The notes: a model not told the origin generated them from the letters alone. Shown: positions 19,001 through 28,251, counted from the stretch's first letter. The stretch: 32,000 bases of DNA from Pasteurella multocida (GCF_900187275.1 NZ_LT906458.1:1980001-2012000), one strand, 5' to 3'. Numbers and translations are program-made.

Positions 19001-21625
19001 ATGAAAACAACAGCAGAAATTAGACAATCTTTTCTTGATTTTTTCCATACTAAAGGGCACCAAATTGTCGCAAGTAGTGCTTTAGTACCTGAGAATGACC
19101 CAACTTTATTATTTACCAATGCAGGGATGAACCAATTTAAAGACGTTTTTTTAGGTATGGATAAACGTCCCTATTCCCGAGCAACGACGGCACAGCGCTG
19201 TGTTCGTGCTGGGGGAAAACATAATGACTTAGAAAATGTCGGCTATACCGCGCGTCACCATACTTTTTTTGAAATGTTAGGTAATTTCAGTTTTGGCGAT
19301 TATTTCAAAAAAGATGCCATCCACTTTGGTTGGGAGTATTTAACGTCACCAAGATGGTTAGGATTACCGGCAGAAAAATTGTGGGTCACTGTGTATGAAA
19401 CCGATGATGAAGCCTATGATATTTGGAACAAAGAAGTTGGTGTACCAGCAGAGCGTATTATCCGTATTGGCGATAATAAAGGCGCACCTTACGCATCTGA
19501 TAATTTTTGGGCGATGGGTGATACAGGACCTTGTGGTCCTTGTACTGAAATTTTCTATGATCATGGTGAGCATATTTGGGGTGGACCGCCGGGATCACCT
19601 GAAGAAGATGGCGATCGCTATATCGAGATCTGGAATATTGTTTTCATGCAATTTAATCGTCACGCAGATGGAACAATGGAGCCATTACCAAAACCGTCAG
19701 TTGATACGGGTATGGGGCTGGAGCGTATCAGCGCGGTACTACAGCATGTTAATTCCAACTATGAAATCGATATTTTCCAAAAATTAATTGCGAAAGTCGC
19801 GGAATTAACCGGTGAGAAAGATCTCAGCAATAAATCTTTGCGTGTGATTGCGGATCATATTCGTTCATGTGCTTATTTAATTGCAGATGGTGTGATTCCG
19901 TCTAATGAAGGGCGTGGTTATGTCTTACGTCGCATCATCCGTCGCGCAGTACGTCATGGTAACTTATTAGGTGCAAAAGAAGCCTTTTTCTATAAGTTAG
20001 TGCCAACCCTTATTGACGTTATGGCGGAAGCCGGCATCGGCGTAAAAGAAAAGCAAGCGACCGTTGAAAAATTGTTACGTTTAGAAGAAGAACAATTCGC
20101 GCGAACCTTGGAGCGAGGGTTAGCCCTATTAGATGAGGCATTAGCCAACGTGAAAAACGGCGAATTGTCAGGCGAAGTGGCGTTTAAACTTTATGATACT
20201 TATGGTTTCCCATTGGATTTGACGGCAGATGTTTGCCGCGAACGCAATATTACGATCGATGAAGTAGGTTTTGATCGTGAAATGGAAGCACAACGTTTAC
20301 GTGCTCAGTCAGCGAGCCAATTCGGCATGGATTACAATAATGTAATTCGTGTTGAAGGTTGCACGACTTTCGAGGGCTATACGGCATCAGAATCACTTGC
20401 AAAAGTGACCGCACTTTTTGCCGATGGTAAACCAGTTGAACGCATTGAAGCTGGTCAAAGTGCGGTGGTGATTTTAGAAAATACACCATTTTATGCAGAG
20501 TCAGGCGGTCAAATCGGTGACAGTGGGTATTTAAATGGGCAAGGTTTCTCATTTGAGGTTAAAGACACACAAAAATATGGTCAAGTGTTTGGGCATATTG
20601 GTGAGTTGGTGAGTGGCAGTTTAACTGTGGGGAAATCCGTTAATGCAGTAGTGGATGTAAAACGTCATCATAATACCTCATTGAACCATTCAGCAACGCA
20701 CTTATTACATGCGGCACTCCGTCAAGTGCTAGGCGAGCATGTAGTGCAGAAAGGGTCTTTGGTGTCAGACGTGGCATTACGTTTTGACTTTGCTCACCAT
20801 GAAGCGATTACGAAGGCACAATTAGTTGAAATTGAATGCCTTGTTAATCAACAAATTCGCGCTAACCATCTTATCCAGACTGAGTTAATGGAATTAGAGG
20901 CAGCGAAAGCCAAAGGTGCAATGGCATTATTTGGCGAAAAATATGCGGATCAAGTTCGTGTGCTGACGATGGGCGATTTCTCTATTGAGTTGTGTGGGGG
21001 AATTCATGCGAAGCGTACCGGTGATATTGGTTTGTGCAAAATTATAACGGAAACGGCGATTGCTGCTGGTATCCGTCGTATTGAAGCCATTACCGGTGAA
21101 AATGCGATGTCTTGGTTGCATCAACAACAAGCGCTTTTAGCGCAAAGTGCCGATTTATTGAAATCTGATGTGAATTCAATTGTCGAAAAAATCCAACAGC
21201 TACAAGATAAAGCGAAAAAAGCCGAGAAAGAATTGCAAGTCTTAAAGGAAAAAAGCGCGATGCAAGCGGGTTCCGATTTGGCGAGAAGTGCGGTGAAAAT
21301 CAATGATGTTTCTGTCATTGTGCAAAAACTTGATGGCGTTGATACAAAATCATTACGTGTTGTTGTAGATGATTTAAAAAATCAGCTGAGTTCTGCGGTT
21401 ATTGTATTTGCCTCTGTTGTAGAGGAAAAAGTCAATTTAATTGTGGGTGTAACAAGTGATTTAACGAGCAAAGTGAAAGCGGGTGAGTTAGTCAATCTGT
21501 TAGCACAACAAGTTGGTGGTAAAGGTGGTGGCCGTCCAGACATGGCAATGGCTGGCGGTACACAAATTGAGAATGTTGATCATGCCTTATCTTTTGCCAC
21601 AACGTGGTTAAAAGAAAACCTGTAA
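19001..21625 (+). CDS. alaS: Alanine--tRNA ligase
   Basis: 874 aa, [23 protein letters not shown]..., class II core and editing-domain HxxxH motif ([11 protein letters not shown]). C-terminal DHHA1-like [11 protein letters not shown]. Confidence 0.96.
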   Translation: MKTTAEIRQSFLDFFHTKGHQIVASSALVPENDPTLLFTNAGMNQFKDVFLGMDKRPYSRATTAQRCVRAGGKHNDLENVGYTARHHTFFEMLGNFSFGDYFKKDAIHFGWEYLTSPRWLGLPAEKLWVTVYETDDEAYDIWNKEVGVPAERIIRIGDNKGAPYASDNFWAMGDTGPCGPCTEIFYDHGEHIWGGPPGSPEEDGDRYIEIWNIVFMQFNRHADGTMEPLPKPSVDTGMGLERISAVLQHVNSNYEIDIFQKLIAKVAELTGEKDLSNKSLRVIADHIRSCAYLIADGVIPSNEGRGYVLRRIIRRAVRHGNLLGAKEAFFYKLVPTLIDVMAEAGIGVKEKQATVEKLLRLEEEQFARTLERGLALLDEALANVKNGELSGEVAFKLYDTYGFPLDLTADVCRERNITIDEVGFDREMEAQRLRAQSASQFGMDYNNVIRVEGCTTFEGYTASESLAKVTALFADGKPVERIEAGQSAVVILENTPFYAESGGQIGDSGYLNGQGFSFEVKDTQKYGQVFGHIGELVSGSLTVGKSVNAVVDVKRHHNTSLNHSATHLLHAALRQVLGEHVVQKGSLVSDVALRFDFAHHEAITKAQLVEIECLVNQQIRANHLIQTELMELEAAKAKGAMALFGEKYADQVRVLTMGDFSIELCGGIHAKRTGDIGLCKIITETAIAAGIRRIEAITGENAMSWLHQQQALLAQSADLLKSDVNSIVEKIQQLQDKAKKAEKELQVLKEKSAMQAGSDLARSAVKINDVSVIVQKLDGVDTKSLRVVVDDLKNQLSSAVIVFASVVEEKVNLIVGVTSDLTSKVKAGELVNLLAQQVGGKGGGRPDMAMAGGTQIENVDHALSFATTWLKENL
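20408..20416 (-). repeat. USS core (ACCGCACTT on + strand)
   Basis: Exact 9-mer, inside alaS. Confidence 0.9.
20458..20466 (+). repeat. USS core AAGTGCGGT
   Basis: Exact 9-mer, inside alaS, inverted partner of 20408. Confidence 0.9.
21286..21294 (+). repeat. USS core AAGTGCGGT
   Basis: Exact 9-mer, inside alaS. Confidence 0.9.
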
Positions 21626-21657
21626 TATCACATATTCATGGCGTCACGCGATTGTCT

Positions 21658-21753
21658 GGAGTGCAATAGCGTGGAGTGAATAGTTTCAAATTTGAGATAG
21701 GGATGTTGTAGGGGAATAGGGACGTTCTGCATAAACGATAAAAAGGTGAGGAG
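21658..21753 (+). promoter_or_regulatory. csrA leader with clustered GGA motifs (candidate CsrA autoregulatory sites)
   Basis: GGA at 21658, 21673, 21701 (AGGGA), 21713 (AGGGGA), 21720 (AGGGA) and in the SD GAGGAG (21748-21753). That is six in about 100 nt. Confidence 0.4.
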
Positions 21754-21758
21754 TTCAT

Positions 21759-21947
21759 ATGCTAATCTTAACCCGTAAAGTTGGCGAAAGCTTACTCATC
21801 GGTGATGATATTTCTATCACGATTCTAAATATACGTGGAAATCAGGTAAAAATTGGAATCAAAGCCCCTAAAGACGTTTCTGTACATAGAGAGGAAATTT
21901 ATCAACGTATTAAACAAGCATTAGAAGCACCTCATGTGGGTGAGTGA
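21759..21947 (+). CDS. csrA: Carbon storage regulator CsrA
   Basis: 62 aa, [52 protein letters not shown]. Downstream of alaS, as in enterobacteria. Confidence 0.96.
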   Translation: MLILTRKVGESLLIGDDISITILNIRGNQVKIGIKAPKDVSVHREEIYQRIKQALEAPHVGE

Positions 21948-22123
21948 GTGTTTCGTTAATATGTTAGAGATGATTCGTTGTTATTCGTATTTAGGTGAGC
22001 CGTTAGCGGAAAGTAATACCCTATAGGTATTCGATTATTGGCAAGAGCTATTGACAATAATTAAATAGCCCATTTTGGATTACCGTTTAAACTGATTATT
22101 CTATGTTGTTGTTCTATGTGAAT

Positions 22124-22132
22124 TGATATAAT
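22124..22132 (+). promoter_or_regulatory. Extended -10 element, candidate galU promoter
   Basis: TGaTATAAT, 91 nt upstream of the galU ATG. No good -35, which is tolerated with an extended -10. Confidence 0.35.
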
Positions 22133-22222
22133 TCAAAACCGATGAAAGACAGAGTAGTCTTGAGTGCATTTTTCTAATGAATAGAAAATGTATTTGTTGG
22201 CTAGACTAAAGAAGGAAAAAAA

Positions 22223-23110
22223 ATGAAAGCAATTATCCCCGTCGCAGGTTTAGGGACACGAATGTTACCCGCGACAAAGGCGATTCCTAAAGAAATGTTA
22301 ACGCTGGTAGATAAGCCGTTAATTCAATATGTTGTGAATGAATGCGTGGCTGCTGGTATGAAGGAAATTGTCTTGGTGACACATTCTTCAAAAAATGCCA
22401 TTGAAAACCATTTTGATACCTCATTTGAATTGGAGACAATGCTAGAAAAACGTGTTAAACGTCAACTTTTAGATGAGGTTCGCTCGATTTGTCCAAAAAA
22501 TGTGACAATTATGCATGTCCGTCAAGGTAATGCGAAAGGCTTAGGACATGCCGTTTTATGTGGCAGACCATTAGTTGGAAATGAGCCATTTGCTGTGATT
22601 CTACCGGATGTACTATTGGCTGATTTTTCAGCGGATCAAAAACGTGAGAATCTGGCTGCAATGGTCAAACGTTTTGAGGAAACACAAACGAGCCAGATTA
22701 TGGTTGCGCCTGTTGCTGAAAAAGAGGTCAGTAGCTACGGTATCGTAGATTGTGGCGGAGCTGATTTAAAAGGTGGCGAAAGTACAAAAATTCATAGCAT
22801 TGTTGAGAAACCGAGTTTAGACAAAGCCCCTTCTAATTTAGCGGTGGTTGGACGTTACGTTTTCTCAGCGGCAATTTGGGACTTGTTGGAAAAAACTCCG
22901 ATTGGTGTCGGCGATGAAATTCAATTAACCGATGCGATTGATATGTTGATTGAAAAAGAAGTCGTTGAAGCGTTCCATATGACAGGAAAATCCTTCGATT
23001 GTGGTGATAAAATTGGTTATATGCAAGCGTTTGTGGAGTATGGATTGCAGCATGATAAATTAGGTCAGCAATTCAAAGCGTATTTGCAACAGCTCGTCAA
23101 AAGTTTTTAA
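22223..23110 (+). CDS. galU: UTP--glucose-1-phosphate uridylyltransferase GalU
   Basis: 295 aa, [36 protein letters not shown]..., VEKP motif. Confidence 0.95.
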   Translation: MKAIIPVAGLGTRMLPATKAIPKEMLTLVDKPLIQYVVNECVAAGMKEIVLVTHSSKNAIENHFDTSFELETMLEKRVKRQLLDEVRSICPKNVTIMHVRQGNAKGLGHAVLCGRPLVGNEPFAVILPDVLLADFSADQKRENLAAMVKRFEETQTSQIMVAPVAEKEVSSYGIVDCGGADLKGGESTKIHSIVEKPSLDKAPSNLAVVGRYVFSAAIWDLLEKTPIGVGDEIQLTDAIDMLIEKEVVEAFHMTGKSFDCGDKIGYMQAFVEYGLQHDKLGQQFKAYLQQLVKSF

Positions 23111-23126
23111 TTCCTCTGTTTATTTG

Positions 23127-23160
23127 AAAGGGCATCACTGTGGTGATGCCTTTTCTTTTC
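23127..23160 (+). terminator. galU rho-independent terminator
   Basis: Stem GGCATCAC (23131-23138)/GTGATGCC (23143-23150), loop tgtg, followed by TTTTCTTTTC. Confidence 0.8.
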
Positions 23161-23181
23161 CCTGTTTATAAAAATTGTGAC

Positions 23182-23213
23182 GGATATCTAGCAATCTTAA
23201 CGTCTAGATTGTC
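23182..23213 (+). promoter_or_regulatory. Tandem degenerate met boxes (candidate MetJ operator) overlapping the metJ -35
   Basis: Four phased 8-mers GGATATCT AGCAATCT TAACGTCT AGATTGTC versus consensus AGACGTCT (5, 5, 6, 3 of 8). The core ACGTCTAGA is the junction of two consensus boxes. Putative promoter: -35 TTGTCA 23209-23214, 17-bp spacer, -10 TAAAAT 23232-23237. Confidence 0.4.
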
Positions 23214-23278
23214 ATTGCGCTTATTTTTCATTAAAATGCCCCATAATTATTATGTCTATTTATTAACAGGATAAAAAA

Positions 23279-23596
23279 ATGGCAAATTGGGACGGTAAAT
23301 ATATTAGCCCTTACGCAGAGCATGGCAAGAAGAGTGAGCAAGTCAAAAAAATTACAGTATCGATTCCGATTAAAGTATTGGAAATTTTAACCAATGAACG
23401 GACACGCAGACAAATTCGTAATTTACGTCATGCAACGAACAGTGAATTGCTCTGTGAAGCCTTTTTGCATGCCTTTACCGGTCAACCGTTGCCAACGGAT
23501 GAAGACTTATTGAAAGAGCGCCATGACGAAATTCCTGAGCAAGCAAAGCAAGTGATGCGCGAATTGGGTATCGATCCAGAAAAATGGGAATACTAA
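23279..23596 (+). CDS. metJ: Methionine repressor MetJ
   Basis: 105 aa, [45 protein letters not shown]... (ribbon-helix-helix MetJ). Confidence 0.95.
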   Translation: MANWDGKYISPYAEHGKKSEQVKKITVSIPIKVLEILTNERTRRQIRNLRHATNSELLCEAFLHAFTGQPLPTDEDLLKERHDEIPEQAKQVMRELGIDPEKWEY

Positions 23597-23611
23597 TTTA
23601 AAGAATTGAAA

Positions 23612-23620
23612 AAGTGCGGT
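23612..23620 (+). repeat. USS core AAGTGCGGT
   Basis: Exact 9-mer, left arm of the metJ/deoD hairpin. Confidence 0.9.
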
Positions 23621-23639
23621 GAGAATAACGAAAATTCTG

Positions 23640-23648
23640 ACCGCACTT
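23640..23648 (-). repeat. USS core (ACCGCACTT on + strand)
   Basis: Exact 9-mer, right arm of the metJ/deoD hairpin. Confidence 0.9.
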
Positions 23649-23671
23649 TCTTATGTGTCTAATAGGTAGAA

Positions 23672-24388
23672 TTACGCGTTATCGCCAATTAGAACGGATT
23701 CTAATGCGATTTCAATCATATCATTAAATGTTAATTGACGTTCTTCTGGTGTTGTTTGTTCGTGTGTACGAATGTGATCAGACACAGTACAGATTGTTAA
23801 GGCTTTGGCACCAAATTCTGCGGCCACACCATAAATTCCCGCAGCTTCCATTTCAACACCTAAGATGCCGTATTTTTCCATTACATCAAACATTTCCACA
23901 TCTGGTGTATAGAATAAGTCTGCAGAGAATAAGTTACCAACATGGACATTTAAGCCTTTTGCTTTTGCCGCTTGCACTGCCGCCATTGTCATGTCAAAGT
24001 CCGCGATCGCAGCAAAGTCATGGTTTTTAAAACGGATACGGTTGACTTTGGAATCGGTACAGGCACCAAATCCAATCACCACATCACGTAATTTGACATC
24101 CATACGGACAGCACCGCAAGAACCAACACGGATAATTTTCTTCACGCCGTATTCCGTAATCAATTCTTTTGTGTAAATCGAACAAGATGGGATCCCCATA
24201 CCATGTCCCATAACAGAAATTTTGCGGCCTTTATAGGTTCCCGTGAACCCAAGCATATTACGGACATTCGTGATTTCTTTCACATCTTGTAAGAAGGTTT
24301 CTGCGATGTATTTGGCACGTAATGGGTCACCCGGCATTAAAACAACATCGGCAAATGCACCGGCAGGTGCGTTAATATGTGGAGTCAT
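23672..24388 (-). CDS. deoD: Purine nucleoside phosphorylase DeoD
   Basis: 238 aa, [33 protein letters not shown]...GHGMGIPS...EMEAAG. RBS AGAGGA upstream. Confidence 0.95.
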   Translation of the reverse strand: MTPHINAPAGAFADVVLMPGDPLRAKYIAETFLQDVKEITNVRNMLGFTGTYKGRKISVMGHGMGIPSCSIYTKELITEYGVKKIIRVGSCGAVRMDVKLRDVVIGFGACTDSKVNRIRFKNHDFAAIADFDMTMAAVQAAKAKGLNVHVGNLFSADLFYTPDVEMFDVMEKYGILGVEMEAAGIYGVAAEFGAKALTICTVSDHIRTHEQTTPEERQLTFNDMIEIALESVLIGDNA

Positions 24389-24500
24389 AGTGAATTCCTC
24401 TTTGTTAATAGTGAAGGGAAATGATGATACAAGACATTATACCTTATATCTGAAATTTATCTGTTGTGTTTCACTTTTGTTCTTAAAATGATGAAGTGAA

Positions 24501-24516
24501 ACGCAAACGTTTACTT
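24501..24516. promoter_or_regulatory. PUR-box-like (PurR/LacI-family) operator upstream of deoD
   Basis: ACGCAAACGTTTACTT versus my recollection of the E. coli PUR box ACGCAAACGTTTTCNT (15/16). Lies 113-128 nt upstream of the deoD ATG, about 60-75 bp upstream of a perfect minus-strand -10 TATAAT (24441-24436). Confidence 0.45.
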
Positions 24517-24529
24517 GTGCCCTAGACGA

Positions 24530-24556
24530 CAACACCACGAACAAGTCGTGGTGTTG
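24530..24556 (-). terminator. Hairpin downstream of the nucleoside permease gene (terminator or processing site, no U-tract)
   Basis: Perfect 11-bp stem CAACACCACGA/TCGTGGTGTTG with a 5-nt loop, 38 nt after the stop. Confidence 0.4.
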
Positions 24557-24593
24557 AGCAAACGTAGTTAAAGACATGATGCTGTACGCTTCA

Positions 24594-25856
24594 TTATAAC
24601 GCGACACCACCTAAACCAATAAATAAGCCGGCAATAGTCGCACTCATTAAGTTAGATAATGAACCCGCGATAACGGCTTTGATACCTAAGCGAGCGATAT
24701 CACCACGACGATTTGGTGCCATTCCACCTAAACCACCGATAAGAATTGCAATCGAGCTGAAGTTAGCAAAACCACAGAGTGCGAAAGTAATAATCGCTTT
24801 GGTTTTTTCACTTAATACAGCAGGGGCTTCACCACCTAAATAGGCTGCAAAATCTAAATAAGCCACAAATTCGTTAATCGCTAATTTTGTACCGATCATT
24901 CGTCCAGCGATTTCGGCTTCTGACCATTCCACTCCCACTAACCAAGCAAGCGGTTTGAAGATCCAACCTAACAGCATACCGAGCGTTAATTCAGGCATAT
25001 TAAATAGCCCACCAATACCGCCTAAGATACCGTTTAATAATGCGATTAAGCCTACGAACGCGACTAACATCGCACCGACGTTTAAGGCTAATTGCATACC
25101 AGATAGAGCACCACCAGCAGCTGCATCAAGAATGTTAGCCGGTTTCTCCGCATCCACTTGTTCTAAATTATCACTGAATTTTTCTGTTTGTGGGTAAAGA
25201 ATTTTAGCGAAGAGTAAACCCGCAGGCGCTGCCATGAAAGATGCCGCGATTAAATAAGGAAGTGGTACACCTAATCCCGCATATGCTGCCATGACAGAAC
25301 CAGCAATTGACGCTAACCCACCACACATGATGGCGAAAAGCTCAGATTCGGTCATTTTGCTAATATAAGGTTTGACGATTAAAGGCGCTTCAGTTTGACC
25401 TACAAAAATGTTAGCCGCAGCAGACATAGACTCTGCTTTTGAAGTACCTAATAATTTTTGTAAGCCACCACCGATAATTTTAATGATCCACTGCATTACA
25501 CCGATGTAATAAAGTAATGAAATTAAGGCAGAGAAGAAAACGATAGTCGGTAAAACACGCACTGCGAAGACGAAACCGCCACCGCCAAAGACTTCAAACA
25601 TTTTATCGCTGACTAGACCACCGAATAAGAAGCTGATACCTTCGTTACCATAGTTAATGATTTTTTGAATACCACCCGCTAACCAATCAAGTGCATCGCG
25701 TCCTGCGGGTACATAGAGAATTAATGCTCCAATACCAATTTGAATTGCCAGTGCACCTAATACTGTGCGGAAGTTAATGGCTTTGCGATTGTTGGATAAT
25801 AAGAAAGCAATCCCTAACAATACAACAATACCAAGAATACTGATTAATGTACCCAT
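24594..25856 (-). CDS. nupC: Concentrative nucleoside transporter (CNT; NupC/NupX/YeiJ-like)
   Basis: 420 aa polytopic protein. Blocks [39 protein letters not shown] and [18 protein letters not shown] are colinear with remembered E. coli YeiJ/NupC. RBS AAGGA upstream. Confidence 0.85.
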   Translation of the reverse strand: MGTLISILGIVVLLGIAFLLSNNRKAINFRTVLGALAIQIGIGALILYVPAGRDALDWLAGGIQKIINYGNEGISFLFGGLVSDKMFEVFGGGGFVFAVRVLPTIVFFSALISLLYYIGVMQWIIKIIGGGLQKLLGTSKAESMSAAANIFVGQTEAPLIVKPYISKMTESELFAIMCGGLASIAGSVMAAYAGLGVPLPYLIAASFMAAPAGLLFAKILYPQTEKFSDNLEQVDAEKPANILDAAAGGALSGMQLALNVGAMLVAFVGLIALLNGILGGIGGLFNMPELTLGMLLGWIFKPLAWLVGVEWSEAEIAGRMIGTKLAINEFVAYLDFAAYLGGEAPAVLSEKTKAIITFALCGFANFSSIAILIGGLGGMAPNRRGDIARLGIKAVIAGSLSNLMSATIAGLFIGLGGVAL

Positions 25857-25978
25857 AATTGTAAAGTCCTTTACTAAGTTAGAATGAAATGATAGTTGTT
25901 GATTCTACTGTGTTTTAGACGAAAAATCTTGTTTTATTGGAGCATAAATAAGCAAATTGTATTAAATTTTAGCTAAAA

Positions 25979-25994
25979 TGTGATATGGCTCTCA
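25979..25994. promoter_or_regulatory. Candidate CRP site upstream of the nucleoside permease gene
   Basis: TGTGA-tatggc-TCTCA (9/10). A minus-strand -10-like TAGAAT (25907-25902) lies about 82 bp away. Confidence 0.35.
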
Positions 25995-26089
25995 ATTTGG
26001 ATGAAAATAGCCCATTGCCCGATATTGTTGGGGTAAACGTATTTTTTTATTATGATAGGCAATGTTATACACGGAATTGTTTTCTTTTT

Positions 26090-26758
26090 ATGCAAAAAAA
26101 ATTTAATGTCTTACCTCAAACTGCGTGGAGTGCGTCTTCCTTATGGGCAGTAGAAATGAAACCATTGGGGGTGCTTTTTATTTCACTGGCGACGCTTGGA
26201 CTGGGTGAAGGGCTGATTTTATTGTCTGATTTAGGATCGGCACCTTGGACGGTGCTTTCGCAAGGTGTTGCTATTCAAGGCGATTTTAGTGTCGGTTGGG
26301 CATCTTTCCTTATCAGTTGTGTGGTGATGCTATTTTGGTTTCCATTGAGATTGCGCGTAGGGTTAGGCACCGTATTAAATATTCTGGTGATTGCCCTCTT
26401 TTTAGGCTTAAGCGTAGAATTTATGTCCAAACCGACCGCACTTTTGAGTCGCTATTTTTATTTGACTGTAGGCATTTTATTATTTGGTATTGGCTCGGCG
26501 TTTTATTTGACCTGTCATCAAGGTGCAGGACCAAGAGATGGATTAATGGTGGGATTATGCCAACGTTTCCGGCTGAAAGTTGGCATGGTCCGCACGACAA
26601 TGGAGGTTAGTGTTTGCGTATTGGGGTTTCTATTAGGAGGCAAACTGGGAATTGGTACCGTACTGTTTGCTGTGTCAATTGGTTGGGTCGTGCAAGCCAC
26701 ATTACTGTGCTTGTTCAAGCTTCCACATTGTCTTCACAAAGGGAATCGCTTGTGTTAA
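26090..26758 (+). CDS. YczE-like (COG2364) integral membrane protein
   Basis: Hydrophobic protein with an LGxGEGLILLSDLGSAPWTVLSQG motif typical of the YczE family. Start is uncertain: ATG 26090 gives 222 aa, ATG 26156 gives 200 aa, and the track start 25985 is AT-rich with no RBS. Confidence 0.6.
   Translation: MQKKFNVLPQTAWSASSLWAVEMKPLGVLFISLATLGLGEGLILLSDLGSAPWTVLSQGVAIQGDFSVGWASFLISCVVMLFWFPLRLRVGLGTVLNILVIALFLGLSVEFMSKPTALLSRYFYLTVGILLFGIGSAFYLTCHQGAGPRDGLMVGLCQRFRLKVGMVRTTMEVSVCVLGFLLGGKLGIGTVLFAVSIGWVVQATLLCLFKLPHCLHKGNRLC
26435..26443 (-). repeat. USS core (ACCGCACTT on + strand)
   Basis: Exact 9-mer, inside the yczE-like gene. Confidence 0.9.
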
Positions 26759-27748
26759 TACCTGATCAATATCAATGAGACTCAGATCCATTTGTTTTTC
26801 TCTATCCTGTGTTTGTGGGGAAAAAGCGAGATGTTTAGTGGGATCATTAATTGGTTGCCAACGTAAAGGAGTCGCAGAACGACGACTCGGATAAAATCCA
26901 ATGGTTGGAATATTCAGCGCCGCACTTAAATGTAATGGTCCTGTGGAACCAGCAATAAACAGATCGGCGCAAGCTAACGAGTGAGCAAAATCTACTAGTC
27001 CCGCATTTTTATCATACACTACCACATTGTTATGATTGACGCATGAGGCGAGTTCATGCGCTTTTTCACTTTCATTAGGGCCTGCTGTCAGTACGATTTG
27101 GCAATCAAATTGACTTAATAAACCCAAAATGAGTTGTGCATATTGATCTAACGATAAATTCGTCGCTGAACCGCCTGATCCACTATGAACAAAAATCCAT
27201 TTTTTTTCTAACGCTAGACCAAGCGTTTGACTGAGCATTTCGCGTTGATGTTGTACGGCATTTTGCTCAAAGGTTAAATACGGCGGTGTTGGTTCCACGA
27301 TTGGGCAGTGCGTTTTTTGTAAAAATGCACGAGCAAGATCCAAATTATATTCGAATTCAGGTTTTAACGATTTTGAACGGCGCTGCGTGACGCGATGATT
27401 GTATAAAAATTGAATTAATTTGGTGGCTGGCGCTAAACGGAAAGGAATCCCTGCTTTCCAGACTAACAACGCATTGTATTTATCTGAAAAAAAGTTAATC
27501 GATGCATCAAATTTCGCAGCTTTAATGGCTTGTAAGGTTTTCAGTTGGTCGGCTTTATCTGCCTTCTTACCCGCATCAATAATCACGTCATCTAAATAAG
27601 GACACAGACGAGCAAGGTCTGCGGTATAGTTCGGTACAAGTGCGGTCAGTTTTAAGCTAGGATTCGATTGCTTAAGCATCGCAAATGCCGGCCAAGCTAA
27701 CATAAAATCGCCGAGTTTATCGTTGCGCACGACTAACAATTTTTGCAT
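26702..27748 (-). CDS. Glycosyltransferase family 9 protein (putative LOS heptosyltransferase)
   Basis: 348 aa, MQKLLVVRNDKLGDFMLAWPAFAMLK... (GT9 N-terminal signature) and C-terminal GSTGPLHLSAALNIPTIGFY. Confidence 0.8.
   Translation of the reverse strand: MQKLLVVRNDKLGDFMLAWPAFAMLKQSNPSLKLTALVPNYTADLARLCPYLDDVIIDAGKKADKADQLKTLQAIKAAKFDASINFFSDKYNALLVWKAGIPFRLAPATKLIQFLYNHRVTQRRSKSLKPEFEYNLDLARAFLQKTHCPIVEPTPPYLTFEQNAVQHQREMLSQTLGLALEKKWIFVHSGSGGSATNLSLDQYAQLILGLLSQFDCQIVLTAGPNESEKAHELASCVNHNNVVVYDKNAGLVDFAHSLACADLFIAGSTGPLHLSAALNIPTIGFYPSRRSATPLRWQPINDPTKHLAFSPQTQDREKQMDLSLIDIDQVLTQAIPFVKTMWKLEQAQ
27638..27646 (+). repeat. USS core AAGTGCGGT
   Basis: Exact 9-mer, inside the GT9 gene. Confidence 0.9.
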
Positions 27749-27866
27749 TTTTTATTCTCAATTAAAGGGAACATGTTTCAGTATTCTACTCTTTTTCTGC
27801 ACAAAATTTAATTGTAAATGTTACCTTTGTCAGTTGATGGTTCTTTGAGAGAAAACCTCTTATTTC

Positions 27867-27894
27867 TTGCTTTTTTCTTAAAAAAGAGTATGAT
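27867..27894 (+). promoter_or_regulatory. Candidate sigma70 promoter of the rpsP-rimM-trmD-rplS operon
   Basis: -35 TTGCTT (27867-27872), 16-bp spacer, -10 TATGAT (27889-27894). Confidence 0.5.
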
Positions 27895-27937
27895 CCACAG
27901 GCTTTTTGTCTATATATACAGAGAAAAAAGTAAGTTT

Positions 27938-27977
27938 AACTCTCAAGATTTCTTCGATAATTGAGGGTTTTCTTTTT
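27938..27977 (+). promoter_or_regulatory. Terminator-like hairpin in the rpsP leader (possible attenuator)
   Basis: 9-bp stem AACTCTCAA (27938-27946)/TTGAGGGTT (27961-27969) with one G-U pair and a 14-nt loop, followed by TTTCTTTTT. Lies between the putative promoter and the rpsP RBS. Confidence 0.35.
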
Positions 27978-28002
27978 GTAATCAAACGTTTAGAGGAAGG
28001 TT

Positions 28003-28251
28003 ATGGTAACCATTCGTTTATCTCGTGGCGGAGCTAAAAAACGCCCATTCTATCAAATCGTTGTCGCAGATAGCCGTTCACCACGTGACGGTCGCTTTAT
28101 TGAGCGCGTAGGCTTTTTCAACCCATTAGCAACAGGCAATGCTGAGCGTTTACGTTTAGACTTAGACCGTGTTAATGCTTGGGTAGAGAAAGGTGCATCT
28201 TTATCAGATCGCGTTTCAGCTTTAGTTAAAGAAGCGCAAAAAGCAGCGTAA
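28003..28251 (+). CDS. rpsP: 30S ribosomal protein S16
   Basis: 82 aa, [52 protein letters not shown] upstream. Confidence 0.97.
   Translation: MVTIRLSRGGAKKRPFYQIVVADSRSPRDGRFIERVGFFNPLATGNAERLRLDLDRVNAWVEKGASLSDRVSALVKEAQKAA

Larger units (their letters stand above)
23611..23649. terminator. Hairpin from an inverted USS pair between convergent metJ and deoD
   Basis: AAAGTGCGGT (23611-23620)/ACCGCACTTT (23640-23649), plus an inner AGAAT/ATTCT stem. The T-rich flank is better on the minus strand (deoD). Confidence 0.65.

Noticed and set aside
21961-22026. 21-aa ORF (MLEMIRCYSYLGEPLAESNTL) in the 275-bp csrA-galU spacer, and the idea of an sRNA or tRNA there
   Set aside because: It has no RBS. 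I saw no tRNA-like T-arm or anticodon structure, and only weak hairpins (AATACC/GGTATT at 22014-22030) without U-tracts. The evidence is insufficient.
22063-26016. 12-mer AAATAGCCCATT present at 22063-22074 and 26005-26016
   Set aside because: By rough expectation, tens of 12-mer coincidences are expected in 32 kb on two strands. There is no extended similarity around the two copies.
25985-26089. Upstream extension of the yczE-like ORF
   Set aside because: The stretch is AT-rich promoter-like sequence that contains the CRP-like site. It has no RBS, and its residues are not membrane-protein-like. An internal ATG (26090 or 26156) is more plausible.
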